Source: Paragordius varius (lineage: Eukaryota; Animalia; Nematomorpha). From it: a DNA stretch of 64,000 nt. The notes below the pieces were generated by a model, which did not search any database, was not told the origin of the DNA, and saw only the letters and a list, made by a program, of their open reading frames with translations. The stretch spans positions 3,038,001 to 3,102,000 of the forward strand of contig OZ176052.1 in NCBI GenBank assembly GCA_964247055.1, given 5' to 3'. How positions within the stretch are numbered: position 1 is the stretch's first letter; every line of letters starts with the position of its first letter. This document shows, in pieces, positions 1-14,423 of the stretch. The translations under genes and the position numbers were made by a program.

Positions 1-423
1 TAAATGGATAATTTATTTGGACTTAATTGACATTATATTTAAAACAAATAGTATTTTTTTTAATTAATTGCCAATTATCCTTTTAAAAATATATATACAC
101 CTGTACAACCACAATGCGTTAGTTATAAAACGAATTCCATTAAATTATATTTTAATTATTTCAAATTTAATATTGAGTATTAAATAGTTAAACATTATTA
201 TATACCATTCTATAATATTTTGAAAACTCTAGGGTGTGATTTAAATTTTACAATTTTGTAAAGCATTTGAAATTTAGAAAAAAACGGTTTAAAAATTTTA
301 AATGTATAAAACTAACATTTTATTAATTGATAATAACCTGGTAAAACATAATTATTACGATATAAATACAGCCAAAATACAAGCGTTTTATACTATAAAA
401 TATAAGAATTTTACTCTTTTGAC

Positions 424-600
424 TGGGTATTATCAATATCTTGATTAATCAAATGTTTAATTGCATTTTGTCGAATATTATTGGCTTGAATCAAACTAGT
501 AGCTTTGTGAATTCTACCAAATCCACGTGGCTTAAGGGTAGGGTTTTGATTAGCCTTTGTCGTATTTAATTCATCATCGATTGAATCAGTATATTTATTT
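424..600 (-). CDS. Repeat exon: NKYTDSIDDELNTTKANQNPTLKPRGFGRIHKATSLIQANNIRQNA...
   Basis: tatag| acceptor and |gtcaaa donor, 177 nt, phase 2-2, open; closest paralogue of exon 6847-6671. Confidence 0.75.
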
Positions 601-3600
601 CTATACGGTAGTAAAAATTGGAACTATGAAAATAAAAAAAATAAAAGACAACGAACGATTCATTTACATTGTCTTGCATATACTTGTTTAAACCTTGAAT
701 TTTCCCTTATAAACTATAAATATACTTGAGTGTGACTAATATTATATTTTACAGTATGCATTTTAATGTCTGTTAAGTAATTTTATTGCCTGCCAAATAA
801 CATAAGTGGTTTATCAAAAGCGTAAAATACTGACCCACGAAATTATTTCGTAGTACACATATGAAAGAAGATTGACGTGAAAATTAACATAGGCTTTAAT
901 TTGATGGATATTTTGTAATGTTAAATTTTGGGAATATTATAGCAATTTATGTTAACATTTGTAATATTGTTGTTACGTATTTAGATGCGGAATTTTGTGG
1001 GTTTTTATCTTTGATAAATTAATAAATAGTAAAATACGTATTTTAAGATATTTTATGTTAATTATTCCTAAATTTAATAATAAATATTTTTCAACATGCT
1101 AAATACCTGTATTAATTAATCTTGGTATCATAATATTATATAGTTGTTATTACTAATTAAAAAAACACAGGTAAATATATATTTGTGAAAATTTAAGTAG
1201 ATTTTTGTCTTTTATGTTTTGCATTATTTTTATCAGGTAAAAATTGCGGTTTTTAATAAATTTCCTAAAAATTAAGTTTTTTTTTGTTTTTTAGGTTTTG
1301 CATTGTTAATTGAAATTAATTACTACATATTTTGGACATTATAATAAATAGAGGTAAAAATTGCGGTTTTTAACAAATTTCAAATGTAACATTTTTTGTA
1401 TCTTGTATCATTGTTATTTAATTAATTACTAAATATTTTGGACATTTAAAAAACTTGTGTAAATTGCGGTTTTTATTAAATTAGTAAATTTTATTTTTTG
1501 TTCAACCTTGCTAATTTATTTATCACTATATATTTGTGATACATTGATATATACAGGTAAAAATTACTATGACTTGCGGTTTTTTGAATTTTTTAAAATA
1601 TTTTTTTTACATTGATAACTTATATAATAAATATAGTTAACATATCTGAGTAGGTAAAAATGCATATTACGGTTTTATGTTTGACATTTTATTTTCCATC
1701 AACTATTTATATTTTAACAAACAACTTATGTCACCAATGATTGAAAATAAGATCAAGAAATATAAAACATCTTTTAAAGTACTGAATATCGCCAAATATA
1801 AATAAATTTATTTAAATTATAAATGTATAATTATACAAAATATTCATATTATGTTTGAAATTAACATTCTTCTTATTGTTATTAATACAGGTAATTTGTT
1901 TATATAATTGATGTACGATGCGGTGTGCGTTCATGATGATCATATGGATGGAAGAATAGTATAAGATGTAGATAATCCTGAAAATTTTAATCACCATCAT
2001 TTTTTAGGTAGATATCACCTAAAATATAAGATAATTGATATATTAGAAAATTGATACCTGGAAATATTGGGGGAAACATTCATAGTTTGAAAGGAAATCA
2101 AAAGGTTGACTTGGCTTTTTAACAACTAAATTTGCAAAAAAATATTTTCTTCATGATAAAAAATTCAAAAATGATACCTTATTTTACGTTTTCGTTTTAC
2201 CATCCTAAACTATAAATATAAAAAATTATTCTTCACCAAAGCAAACAATGTTAGTGTTGCCTGCTTTTGGAGTGCTGTTGCATTCCAAGCTTTTGAAAAA
2301 AATTATTTGTTTCTATTTTCTATTTGACGTCATTGGTATGGTGAAATCATATAAGCCTTTTCATATTTATAGTTTAGGATGGTGGTAGAACGAAAAAAAA
2401 CATAAAGTATCATTTTTGAATATTTTATCATGAAGAAAATATTTTTTTGCAAATTTAGTTGTTAAAAAGCCAAGTCAACCTTTTGAGTTTCCTTTCAAAC
2501 TATGAATGTTTCCCCCAATATTTCCAGGTATCAATTTTCTAATATATCAATTATCTTATATTTTAGGTGATAGAATCTACCTAAAAAATGATGGTGATTA
2601 ATATTTTCAGGATTATCTACATCTTATACTATTCTTCCATCCATATGATCATCATGAACGCACACCGCATCGTACATCAATTATATAAACAAATTACCTG
2701 CATTAATAACAATAAGAAGAATGTTAATTTCAAACATAATATGAATATTTTGTATAATTATACATTTATAATTTAAATAAATTTATTTATATTTGGCGAT
2801 ATTCAGATACTTTAAAAGATGTTTTATATTTCTTGATCTTATTTTCAATCTTTGGTGACATAAGTTGTTTGTTAAAATATAAATAGTTGATGGAAAATAA
2901 AATGTCAAACATAAAACCGTAATATGCATTTTTACCTACTCAGATATGTTAACTATATTTATTATATAAGTTATCAATGTAAAAAAAATATTTTAAAAAA
3001 TTCAAAAAACCGCAAGTCATAGTAATTTTTACCTGTATATATCAATGTATCACAAATATATAGTGATAAATAAATTAGCAAGGTTGAACAAAAAATAAAA
3101 TTTACTAATTTAATAAAAACCGCAATTTACACAAGTTTTTTAAATGTCCAAAATATTTAGTAATTAATTAAATAACAATGATACAAGATACAAAAAATGT
3201 TACATTTGAAATTTGTTAAAAACCGCAATTTTTACCTCTATTTATTATAATGTCCAAAATATGTAGTAATTAATTTCAATTAACAATGCAAAACCTAAAA
3301 AACAAAAAAAACTTAATTTTTAGGAAATTTATTAAAAACCGCAATTTTTACCTGATAAAAATAATGCAAAACATAAAAGACAAAAATCTACTTAAATTTT
3401 CACAAATATATATTTACCTGTGTTTTTTTAATTAGTAATAACAACTATATAATATTATGATACCAAGATTAATTAATACAGGTATTTAGCATGTTGAAAA
3501 ATATTTATTATTAAATTTAGGAATAATTAACATAAAATATCTTAAAATACGTATTTTACTATTTATTAATTTATCAAAGATAAAAACCCACAAAATTCCG

Positions 3601-6600
3601 CATCTAAATACGTAACAACAATATTACAAATGTTAACATAAATTGCTATAATATTCCCAAAATTTAACATTACAAAATATCCATCAAATTAAAGCCTATG
3701 TTAATTCTCACGTCAATCTTCTTTCATATGTGTACTACGAAATAATTTCGTGGGCCAGTATTTTATGCTTTTGATAAACCATTTATGTTATTTGGCAGGC
3801 AATAAAATTACTTAACAGACATTAAAATGCATACTGTAATCCCTCACTCAGTGGCGTACCGAGCATTTGCGGCGCCCGGGGCATAAAACTTTTATGGCGC
3901 CCCTCCCCCCTTTTTTTAAAAAAAAGCCAATAAAACAAATTAAAAAAAATACAAACGTTGTAACAACACCATAGATAAGACAGCACAGTTATATAAATTT
4001 TATATCTATTAAATATATATAATTATATGATACTAAATTTATTCATTTTTAAATACATAAATATTCTAATAAATTCCATAATATGGAAATTATATATAAA
4101 AATAATGTTTTTATTGCACATATTGAATCGATCTAATGATAATGGCAACAATGATGATTTAAAAAATTATTTAGGCGCCCCTAAATAACGGCGCCCGGGG
4201 CATGATACACCCCCTTACCCCCCCCCCCCCCCTCAATACGCCCCTGCACTCACTATGAAAACGTTAGGTTTGTTGAAAAAATAAGTATTTATAAATATGA
4301 TTGTCCGTATACAAATTAAGACCTAAAATTTAATAACAAACTTATTTAATAAAATTCAAACATAGGTATTCCTTATATCAATGATGTTTTCTTTTCCTTC
4401 AAAGCTATAGAATTATAACCATACATTGAACAACTAACGCATGAGCGAAAATTACCAAAATCAAATATATTTATTAGTGTATAAAATATGGATTCCGTTT
4501 GTACGTTTAAAACGGATAAAATATTTTGAAAATGGTTAGATTTAAATATGAAAAAAAGGGCATACCCCATATATGGCAAACACATTTGCCAAACTGCTTA
4601 TCATTGTCTAACCCATTACATTTGATTCGGTTATAAATTTATAAGCACATTAATTGTGTCAAAAAGTTAGATAAAATGTTATGAATATAATTTTTCATCA
4701 TATAAAACAATTTTTAAATGGTTCTTTGAACATAAAACTACGGAAAAAAGCAATGATACAAAAATTATTGGCTCAGATAGTATTATCATGAATTTTGGCA
4801 TGGTCCAATATGAATATGCTTTACGCTGGACGAATTAAGATGTGAACATAGATTTGCTAAAAATTTCAATTGCTGTTCCTTTTTAAATTAATTGGAAATA
4901 CAAGATTCTATTCACCCATTCCATTTGAGGCCTGCTATCAACATTAGTTACGTCCTTTTATATATGGTCACCTCATGATAGCCCCGGGTCTCTGTATTCA
5001 ACCTTTAAAGTTTATTAAATGGTTCTGCAAATGTGATTTATTAATGAAAATTCTATTTTTGAATGATAAGTCACATCCAAAAAAGTTTGATTCAACCAAA
5101 GGGTCTAATCCTGTCGTTTGTTAATTAAATTTATGATTACAAGAAATATGTTTGATTATACCCCCAAGTTTTTTTGCCAAAATTATGAATAGTCGTTTTA
5201 AAAAGGTATGGACGAAACTCTAAAAATGAAAAGGCACAAGAGCTTCCAAATGTAAAAGGAAGAACGTGGCATTGCTAGCAGAGCCTGGGATGTGATGGAT
5301 ATATGTAATATAATACCATTTTTGCAAAAAAAATTTATGCGAAATCTATGTTTACATTTTCATTCGTTCAATTTAAAAGATATATACATTTTTTTTTGGA
5401 TGATGCCAACAATCATGACACCATTTCCTGCCTCATAAATAAAAATCTTAAAATAAACCAATTGTAGCTGGTTGGTTTTGCTGAATTTATCTTTTATTCT
5501 AAGATATGTCTGACCCCTATTCAGACTGTGAAAGCTCCTCATTAACCCGTAAGACTCTAAAACGCGAAAGATGCAACACCGTATATAATGCATTAAGGTA
5601 TATAGATACGCCTTTTAGAAAATCCGGAATGTTGTCTGTTAAATTTTTAAATCATCATCAATCTTTTTAGTCGTACATCTCGTCTATTATTATTATTGAT
5701 ATTAAATTAATCAACCGTATAGTTAGCGCCTAATATCGGTCAGACTTGCTTTTACTACGACTGTTTTTTTGTGATAATAACGCATTTAAAAACGCTCCCT
5801 TCTTTTTTTACAATTAATAATAGTTTATCCAAAAATATTGACATTTTATTATGAATTTTGTGTTGTCCTATGACACCAAAAGAAAACTAACTATAAATGC
5901 TAAAAGATTAAATTTTAAATAAATACGTTAAAAAAAGCTCTAACCTATCTATAGCATGTTTGGACATATCAATTTTTGAATTAACATTCCTATTCCTCTT
6001 ATTTCTTAAGTGTGGATTAAACGATTGGCTTCTTTTGACTTTGGAAGCAAAGACATGGGTAGTCATACTTTTAACAAAAGTTTGTTCATTAATTATTACG
6101 TCTTTATCAGTGTCATCACTAAAATGTATATGAAAAAAAATTTAAATTAATAAATGTAGAGTTTTGGGTATAAAAATTGTTTTCAACCATATTTTTTTAT
6201 TTTTTTATATGAAAAAAAAATGAATATATCGGGAATGAATTACATGTATGACATGTATAAAAATGGTACTAAAGGTATTAATTAACATGACTAAATAATT
6301 TGTATAAACTTTTGATGTAATTATATATCTCTGTTGACTTATAAACGTAATTGCCATTCATCTAAAATCAAAAGTATATTTATACATTAAATAAAACACA
6401 TTTGCTATTCAAAAAGCCTTTTTGTGGTTAAAACCGTGACATTATTTTATGAGTGTGCGGATCGTATCTAAATATATTTAAATCCACAACCAAAGTATCA
6501 TCAATGATATAAGGTGGGGCATCTCCCTTATGAATGGTGTTTAACAAAAAATTAATTTTTTCAACTTATTTCAAATGTTTCATTTGTCCGTTAAACTAAC

Positions 6601-9600
6601 TGAGTATCCAAAAAAAACATGATAATGTTACAACACCAAGTCAAACTAATTATGTCAAGAAAAAAATTACCAATTAGGGTGTGTTTTTTCAAAAATAGCT
6701 TGATGTTGTTCGTTTGCATTTTGTTGAATATTATTGACTTGAATTTGGCTTTTTGTTTTGTGCATTCTACCAAATCCTTGTGGTTTAAGAGTTAGGTTTT
6801 TTGTGGTATTCGATTCATCATTATTCGATTCATTGCGTTTGTAATTTCTATATTAATAATAATATGAGAATTAAGGATATTATAATGAAAAAAAAGAAGA
6901 TAAAAACCTAAATTTCAAATTAACTAACATATTCATCTGATGGTTCTTTGAGGGATGCCATTTCTCATAGAATCAGACAAGGATGGGCCAAATTCAATCA
7001 ATTAAAATATATTTTAACTAATAAATATATCAAATCGAATCACAAGATAAAGATTTACAAAATGGGAATAAGACCAGCTATGACATACGCTACAGAAACC
7101 TGGGCCCTTACAGCAACAGACCTAAATAGACTTACTAGAGCTGAAAATCACATGCTCAAAATCTGCAACAATAATTTTGATAATACCATAGAAGAAGATG
7201 AACCCATAGCTTTATTCATCCAGCGCAATCGATTGCGATATTACGGACATATTCAACGTATGAATTCCGATAACTGGGTCCAAAAAATACAACATTTAAA
7301 TATACCCGGCCCAAACAGAAAAGGCCGCCCTAAGCTCACATGGTCCAAACAGCTGACCCAAGATCTATCACACTTCAATATTGAACACGAACAAGTCTTT
7401 GATAGGACATTGTTCAGGAAGTTGGTGCATGGAAACCCCAGATACCCTGGGACCTAAAATGAATGGATATTCATAAAATGCAAAACGACATCCCTGTAAC
7501 TAATGATGTTTACCCTTTGGAATATGTCACATATTTAACTATTTTTTGGTTGTGAGATTATTTCCATATATTTAGGCTAGGATAAGAAAAATTTTAAAAA
7601 ATTTATTACGAAATGTATTAAAATCAATCCTAATGTTGAAAACACTGCCATATAAAAATACTATATATTTCAATAAGTGAAAACTGACGTTTGAAAATTC
7701 AACATATCCTATAAAATTTAAATTTTTGTTTTAAAATTTATGTATAAATATAAATAATATATTTATATCATTAAAATTTATCTTTTTAATTTATCTAAAG
7801 ACCACTATTTCAATAATTTTCCAATGTAAGATAAAACGCATACTCGGTTGTTTGATTATCTAAATTCGTGTTTTGGTCTATATTTATGGCTAAATGATTC
7901 GATCGATAGGTAGTGTTATTAACTTTATGCATTTTACTAAATCGGCTAGGCTTTAAAAGCACATCTTGATAATTATCCGTATTAATTTCATCGATCAAGG
8001 AATCGCCTTGTATACCGTTTCTAAATATAGTATTGATATATATAAGGGCGTGAAACAAAAACAACCCAATAATATAAAAGTATTTATAATAAACTAAAAT
8101 TTGTTATTATTAATAATATTACAGTTATATTTTTAACCTATTTAGAATTTAAAACATTATTTTAACGTAAAGATCATCATTATGTAAGATTAATTAATCC
8201 CTGAAAAATAATATAAGGCATGACTCATAAAAAAGTATACGAAATAACAACAATTTTTTTCCCAAATGATTTGAGTTGACTATATATCTATGTTTACGAG
8301 CTATTTATTGGAATATTTAATTTTATTTAAAATTATATATAATTTTCATTTTCATCGTATGTCAAAACTTTCAAGCAATTAATTAGATATTAAAAGCATC
8401 CTGTTATGCCCCATTGTAAAAATAATATACTGTTATCCAATCAAATCAAATTTGGTGCTTAAATCAATTTTATCGCTATCACGCCGTTATAAAAACGATT
8501 CTTTTTATATATTTAGGAAACAAATTACTTCTTCTTTGATAAAATAGGGACATTTTCAACAATATTTTTGAGATGAAGAGCATTGTTTAATTTGTGCATT
8601 TTACTGAATTGACGTTCTTTGCCAATCAGGTTTTCATCAAAATTTTCGTCGTCGCTAATTTCATCATTGACAATATTGGAGCAATTTTGATCCCCTAATC
8701 TATTTTGATTTGATTTAAATTTTAAAAAAAATTTGGAAAAAATGATTTTTGCTAAAATATATATTTTGATAGCAAAGAATCATATATATATATATATATA
8801 TATATAATTTTAATAGAGCCATTGATTATTAAGATTTTTGTTATACATTAAACAATAATAAAACAAAAAACGGCTCCCATAATTTTGTCTAAAAAAACCG
8901 TAGAGAGCCTTAAATCTATTTTAAAATAGATAAAAAACTATTTTACAAAATAATTTTCATATAAATAACAAATGTTTACATGTATGTTTATAATCCTATC
9001 ATTTATATTTAACGCAAATGTTGCATTTTTTTGTTAATTTTGTTTTATTTATATCTTATTATTATTTTCTTTTGTTTTAGTTAATCCATTTAAAAAGATA
9101 CTACCATGTATATAATTTTGGATATCAAAAAATATTTTTATAAAACACCTATTTATTCCATACTTGGATTGAGTTGAAATCTCGTCCAATTTAATAACGG
9201 CGTCTATTGGATTAAGTTTTGTCATTTTATCATTATTTGAGATGTTTTTAGTTTTACGTTTTTCACCAAACGGGCGTAGAGTTTTGATGAGATTGCATTC
9301 CATGTTAGAAATATTTATTTCATCGTTAAGGGTTGTATTAACTTGATGATGGCTGTTTTTTGTAAGGAGTGTACGTACATAATAATTATTGAAACAAATA
9401 AAGTTTAAAAATTACAAAAAAAGATGATATCTAGCAATAACTTATTATAAGGAATATCATTTATAAACCAAATTTGAAAAAAAAAATAATTAAAATCTTT
9501 AGTAATAGGATGTATTATTAATAACAGATCATCTAAGATTTTTAAATATATACCATTTGCGAAATCACCCTTGAACAATTTAAAATCACCATAAAAATTT

Positions 9601-12600
9601 GTGTTTTTCGGGCTTATATAACTTATTATTTAAATGAAATATATCTTTATAGCTTAGTTTATAATCTTTTCCGTATTATTCAAATTTGAACAAAATTTTA
9701 AAATATAAAAAATTATAGGTTAAATCTTATTTTTAAAAAACACAAAATTTATTTTCGGGTGAATGTGAATTTTCAAGGGTATATATCGTTTCCTAAAATG
9801 AAAAGTTGATTATTTTTTCAATAGTAAAGGAAACACTTAAATTTAAACATAGCGCATTGAATTTTAAATCATATATTAATTTAATCACAGATTACACGGT
9901 TGACATAATATTATTACTTAATATTCTTGCTGGCAGTTAATTCAATATTGTTAGTATTGTTTTGTTTACTATTTTTTGATTTATGCACTTTCCCAAATTG
10001 GGGTTTCTTTACATCAATCGGATTAACCAAATTTGATTTAACATCATTTAGAACGCTAATCGATGAATTATCATGTTGATGATTTCTAATTATTGATGAA
10101 AAAAATTTTATAAAGTATTTTTGATAACAACATCTTATATATCTAAACTCTTCTTTTGATTAGTTAATTGTGCCATTTTTTTGTTTTTTGCCCATAATTT
10201 CGGTTTTGCATATTCAAAAAACGGCCTAATTGAATGGTTTTTTTCAGACAAAAATAATTTTGATTCCGGTTCTATTGTTGTTCTTATGATTGAGTTTTCA
10301 TCAAAACTAATCGGTTTGGGTAGAAAAAAGTGTCTATGTATCATTAACTGTCGATCAATGAAAATGTTTGATTTTTAGAAAAAATTGTTCATTATTGTAA
10401 AATTTTATTATTTCAGCCCAATGATATTTGACTTCATTTGTAATTATATTAATTGATTCTTAACTTTTTTAGGGCATTAATATCCATATTATTCGAATAA
10501 TATTTGGATGTATTGGCTAAGGTTGTTCCATATTATGCCTTTTAACCTGTTAGCTTTTGCAAAAAGATTTTTTACATTATTTAATAAATCTTTTTATTCT
10601 GTCAATAAATCGGTAAAGTAATAATGTTCTTCCCATATAATAACGATAAAAATAATATGCTGATATTAAACATTTATTAGTTTGATAATTTTTACCGCAT
10701 TTTTAGCCAATTTCCTATACTTTTTGATAAAAATGAAAAGTTAAACCTTTTAATCAACAAAAAAAAGTTAAAAAGAAACTAAAAAATACTTTTTTGATAC
10801 GCTAATAACAGCATTTTTCGATTGTTCCATATTATAGGTTTGATTAATATCATTTGTTTTATGCATCTTTCCAAACGGACGAGATTTCACTGTAACAAGA
10901 TTTTGATCAAAGTTCAAATTATCTGACTCAACACTATTTCTGTTCACAAAATTATGAAATAATTGTAATCTAATTTATATTGCAAATAAAATTTTAAGGA
11001 AGAAATACTTATATATTATAAAACAAATAACTGTTATTTAAGCAAAAAATTCATGCTTATATAAAAATTCAGTTTTCTATTTCCATCAAAATGATTAATA
11101 AACTAGAGGTGTAATTATTATATAGAATTTAAGACAAAGCGTTAATTTAAAATAAAAGTTATATTTTTATAGCATACTTAAAGAGTAAAACACTCTCAGC
11201 CAAGCGTATTTAGAAAAATTTTTACCTAATTAAAATTAGAGATGTTTAAGCCCCCCCCCCCCAATCCTACATTTTACAAAACTAATCATATAATTTAAAT
11301 AATGATAAATAATATTGACACTATTTATTAGCATAAATTGCGGTTATATATATATATATATATATATACCATTTACTATTAAATTTACCCTCAAATAAAT
11401 TATATGTTTTTTAAGATTAAAAATTACCTATTTATATATTTCCAAAAAATAAAATTTTGTGTTGTAAATTAAAATAATACTGAAAAAATAAACTTTGCCA
11501 TAATGATATATTTCAATCAGTTATATAAGTTCGAAAACACATAATTTTATTTTTAGGGTCAATTTGAATTGTTCGAGGATGAATTGTTCGAGGGTGAATT
11601 TGAACTGTAAATGGTATACATATGCGCACTCGGACTCTTGCATATATTTAATGTTCACCCAATTAGATTGAAAAAAGGACCTACTCTGTTATAAATGGTG
11701 TTCCCAAAACAACATTGTTTTTGGGGATTCGTTGAGAAAAAGCGTTTTCTTTAGCTACTTTTTTATGGATTTTTCCAAATCGAGCAGTTGTTTTATGATG
11801 TATAATGGTATTTGGTTCAAATTTTGTTACATTTAATTCGTCGTTTAATGAATCATTTTGTTCTACACTGCCATTTCTATGTATAGTGGAGTCAAAATAA
11901 TTTTTTGTAATTTTTAACACAAGAATTATGCAATATCCAACAATTAAAATAAAATTATTACAAAAAAATTAAAAATAATACTCTTTTGAAAGGGCTCTGG
12001 TGGAAATGGATTGTTGCTGAGCAATTTTATTTAGATGCCTGATTTTGGGTATTTTGCTATAAGGCTTACGATTTTTGATTGTACTCTTAAGGGTTTGAGT
12101 ATCATTATTTATTGAATCAATAGATTTTTGATCTGATTCCAAATATCTATATTTTGAGAAATTAAAATATTGTTAAATAATTACTATTCATCTATTAAAA
12201 TACTCACCATACATAATTTTTTATATCATGTAAGTGTGCCCCTAACAAAACTTTGAGTACATTAAAATATTATAAAAACAAATAATGATAATATAATTAC
12301 ATTTAACAAGATATCAAAAAGCTAAAATATAAGCGCCTATAAATTGATTCATTCACCGGTTTTATTTCAAAAACTCACACCTTATTTTAAAAATGCATAA
12401 TAAACACCGAAGGCTGTTTATAAAAAGGATGTTTAAATATAAATTAATTTTTACTGTTTAGCATTATGCTTATCACATCCACCAATAATTTTGGGTATTT
12501 GAATTTGATTAAAGCGTTCATCCATCTTAAGTTTGTCTCTATTACGGGCTTTTCCCCATCCAAACCTACTTGTCTTTTTTATTGCATCAATATTTATTTC

Positions 12601-12669
12601 TGGCATATTGAAAGTACTATTATTGTTAATATTTGCCATAGTGACAGTTGAATTAGCTTTAGGCCTTAA

Positions 12670-12704
<35 letters not shown>

Positions 12705-14384
12705 TAAAGAGAAAGCTCAATTATATTTCATATATCTATAAAGACTGCTTTAAAAATAAAACCGGCATAACTACATTCCTTAAATCTCGTTTTACCGATT
12801 GAGGGTTATTGGACCCAGTTTAACAAAAAATACTTTTTTAAACGTTTGCGGTCTAGGCCTTGCTAAAAAAATGTTTTGCATAATATTATTAAATAGATAA
12901 CATATAATCTTACATTTTAAATCCAAAAAATGTGTTTTATGATTATTTCGCCAAAAATTATTAAAGTCATAAAATTTTTTCATATTATAAAACCCTGATA
13001 TTACGTATTATAGCCTTGTGATGAGTTGTAATTTACTTATATATAAACCTATGATAGATAATTATATAAAATATTAGTTTAAAAACATAAAATAAATTAA
13101 AAAGGCATCATTAATTGCTTAAATAAATAAATTTAGTAGAGAAACATAATTTACTACATATATATAAAAATACATATATTATCTATATATATATATACGG
13201 ACCTAAAATCATTGGAACTATTTTTGTTTTCTGGTTTGTTGATGTTTTCTAAAATTTGACCTCCTTTGATTTTTGACAAAGTTTTTGATTTGTGAGTTCT
13301 AAATTTATGTTCTGTCGTTTTTGTAAATATCTGATTTATACCGTCGCAATAAGAGAAATCTGTTGATATATTGTCATTAGATGTGGCAATGACATGTTTT
13401 ATTCTAAAATATAAAAAAAAGATAAAGACAAGCATACATTAATTTCAAACTAATTGACCATAATTTATTTTAGAGATATTTTTTTTAATTTTTTAATTAA
13501 AATATGAATTAATACCTATAAAACGTATATGCAGACAAATTTATTTTAGTGCATATTATTAGTATTTTAGCCATTTTTTACCTATTTTTGTCCATACATT
13601 CAAATTTTTCGATTTTTGGACAATCACAATGTTTAAATCGCCTTATTAAAATATAAAAAACTTTTTGCCGTTTTTTTTCGCAAAAAATATTATTATGTTA
13701 TTAAAATAGGGGTGTTCAACACAGATACTTCATAAGCTGCTTTGATAAATTTTTTGTTTTTTTATTGATATAACTTTAAATTAAATTTTTTTATCGAAAT
13801 CTAATTTTTATTATTTTAACATTTACAACCCCTTTTTACAAATTTATGCCGGTCAATGATATATGATGATATTTACATTTTAAAATTAAACAAAATTTTA
13901 AAGAATTTGTACGGTTCCTGTTTATTAGTAAAAAAGGTTTAACTTAATAAATAGGTGTTGTTTACTCTTTAGATTGTGCAACAAGGATATCGTTTAAATC
14001 CATATGTTTTGCAGATACAATATTTTATATGGATTGTATAAATTTGTATATTCATCATCAAATTTTAAATGTCTATTTAAATGTGTGAAAAATTCAAACT
14101 GTTAAATAAAATGAATTTTGAACTTTTAAAATATAAAAAACAATTTGGGGTCACCTAACAGTGAGAACAAACGATAAGCAAAATGTGCAATCTTAGCCCA
14201 TTATAAGTACTTTAAGTAGATGAAATGATTACATAGCATGGAAAAAAAGAAAAAAAATTAGCAACTATATATTAATTTATCATATTTATGCTAAATGAGT
14301 TTTTCCCTGTTAGCAACGTGCAAATATTTATTGGTTTCAAAGCGGTGTCTATGAATTTAAATTATAGCACAAATTTAGAAGTAC

Positions 14385-14423
<39 letters not shown>

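Noticed and set aside
1812-2776. Twin 62-aa ORFs (1812-2000 minus, 2588-2776 plus) as a duplicated gene
   Set aside because: They are mirror images inside the foldback arms, have no recognisable domain or splice context, and are expected by chance in AT-rich DNA.
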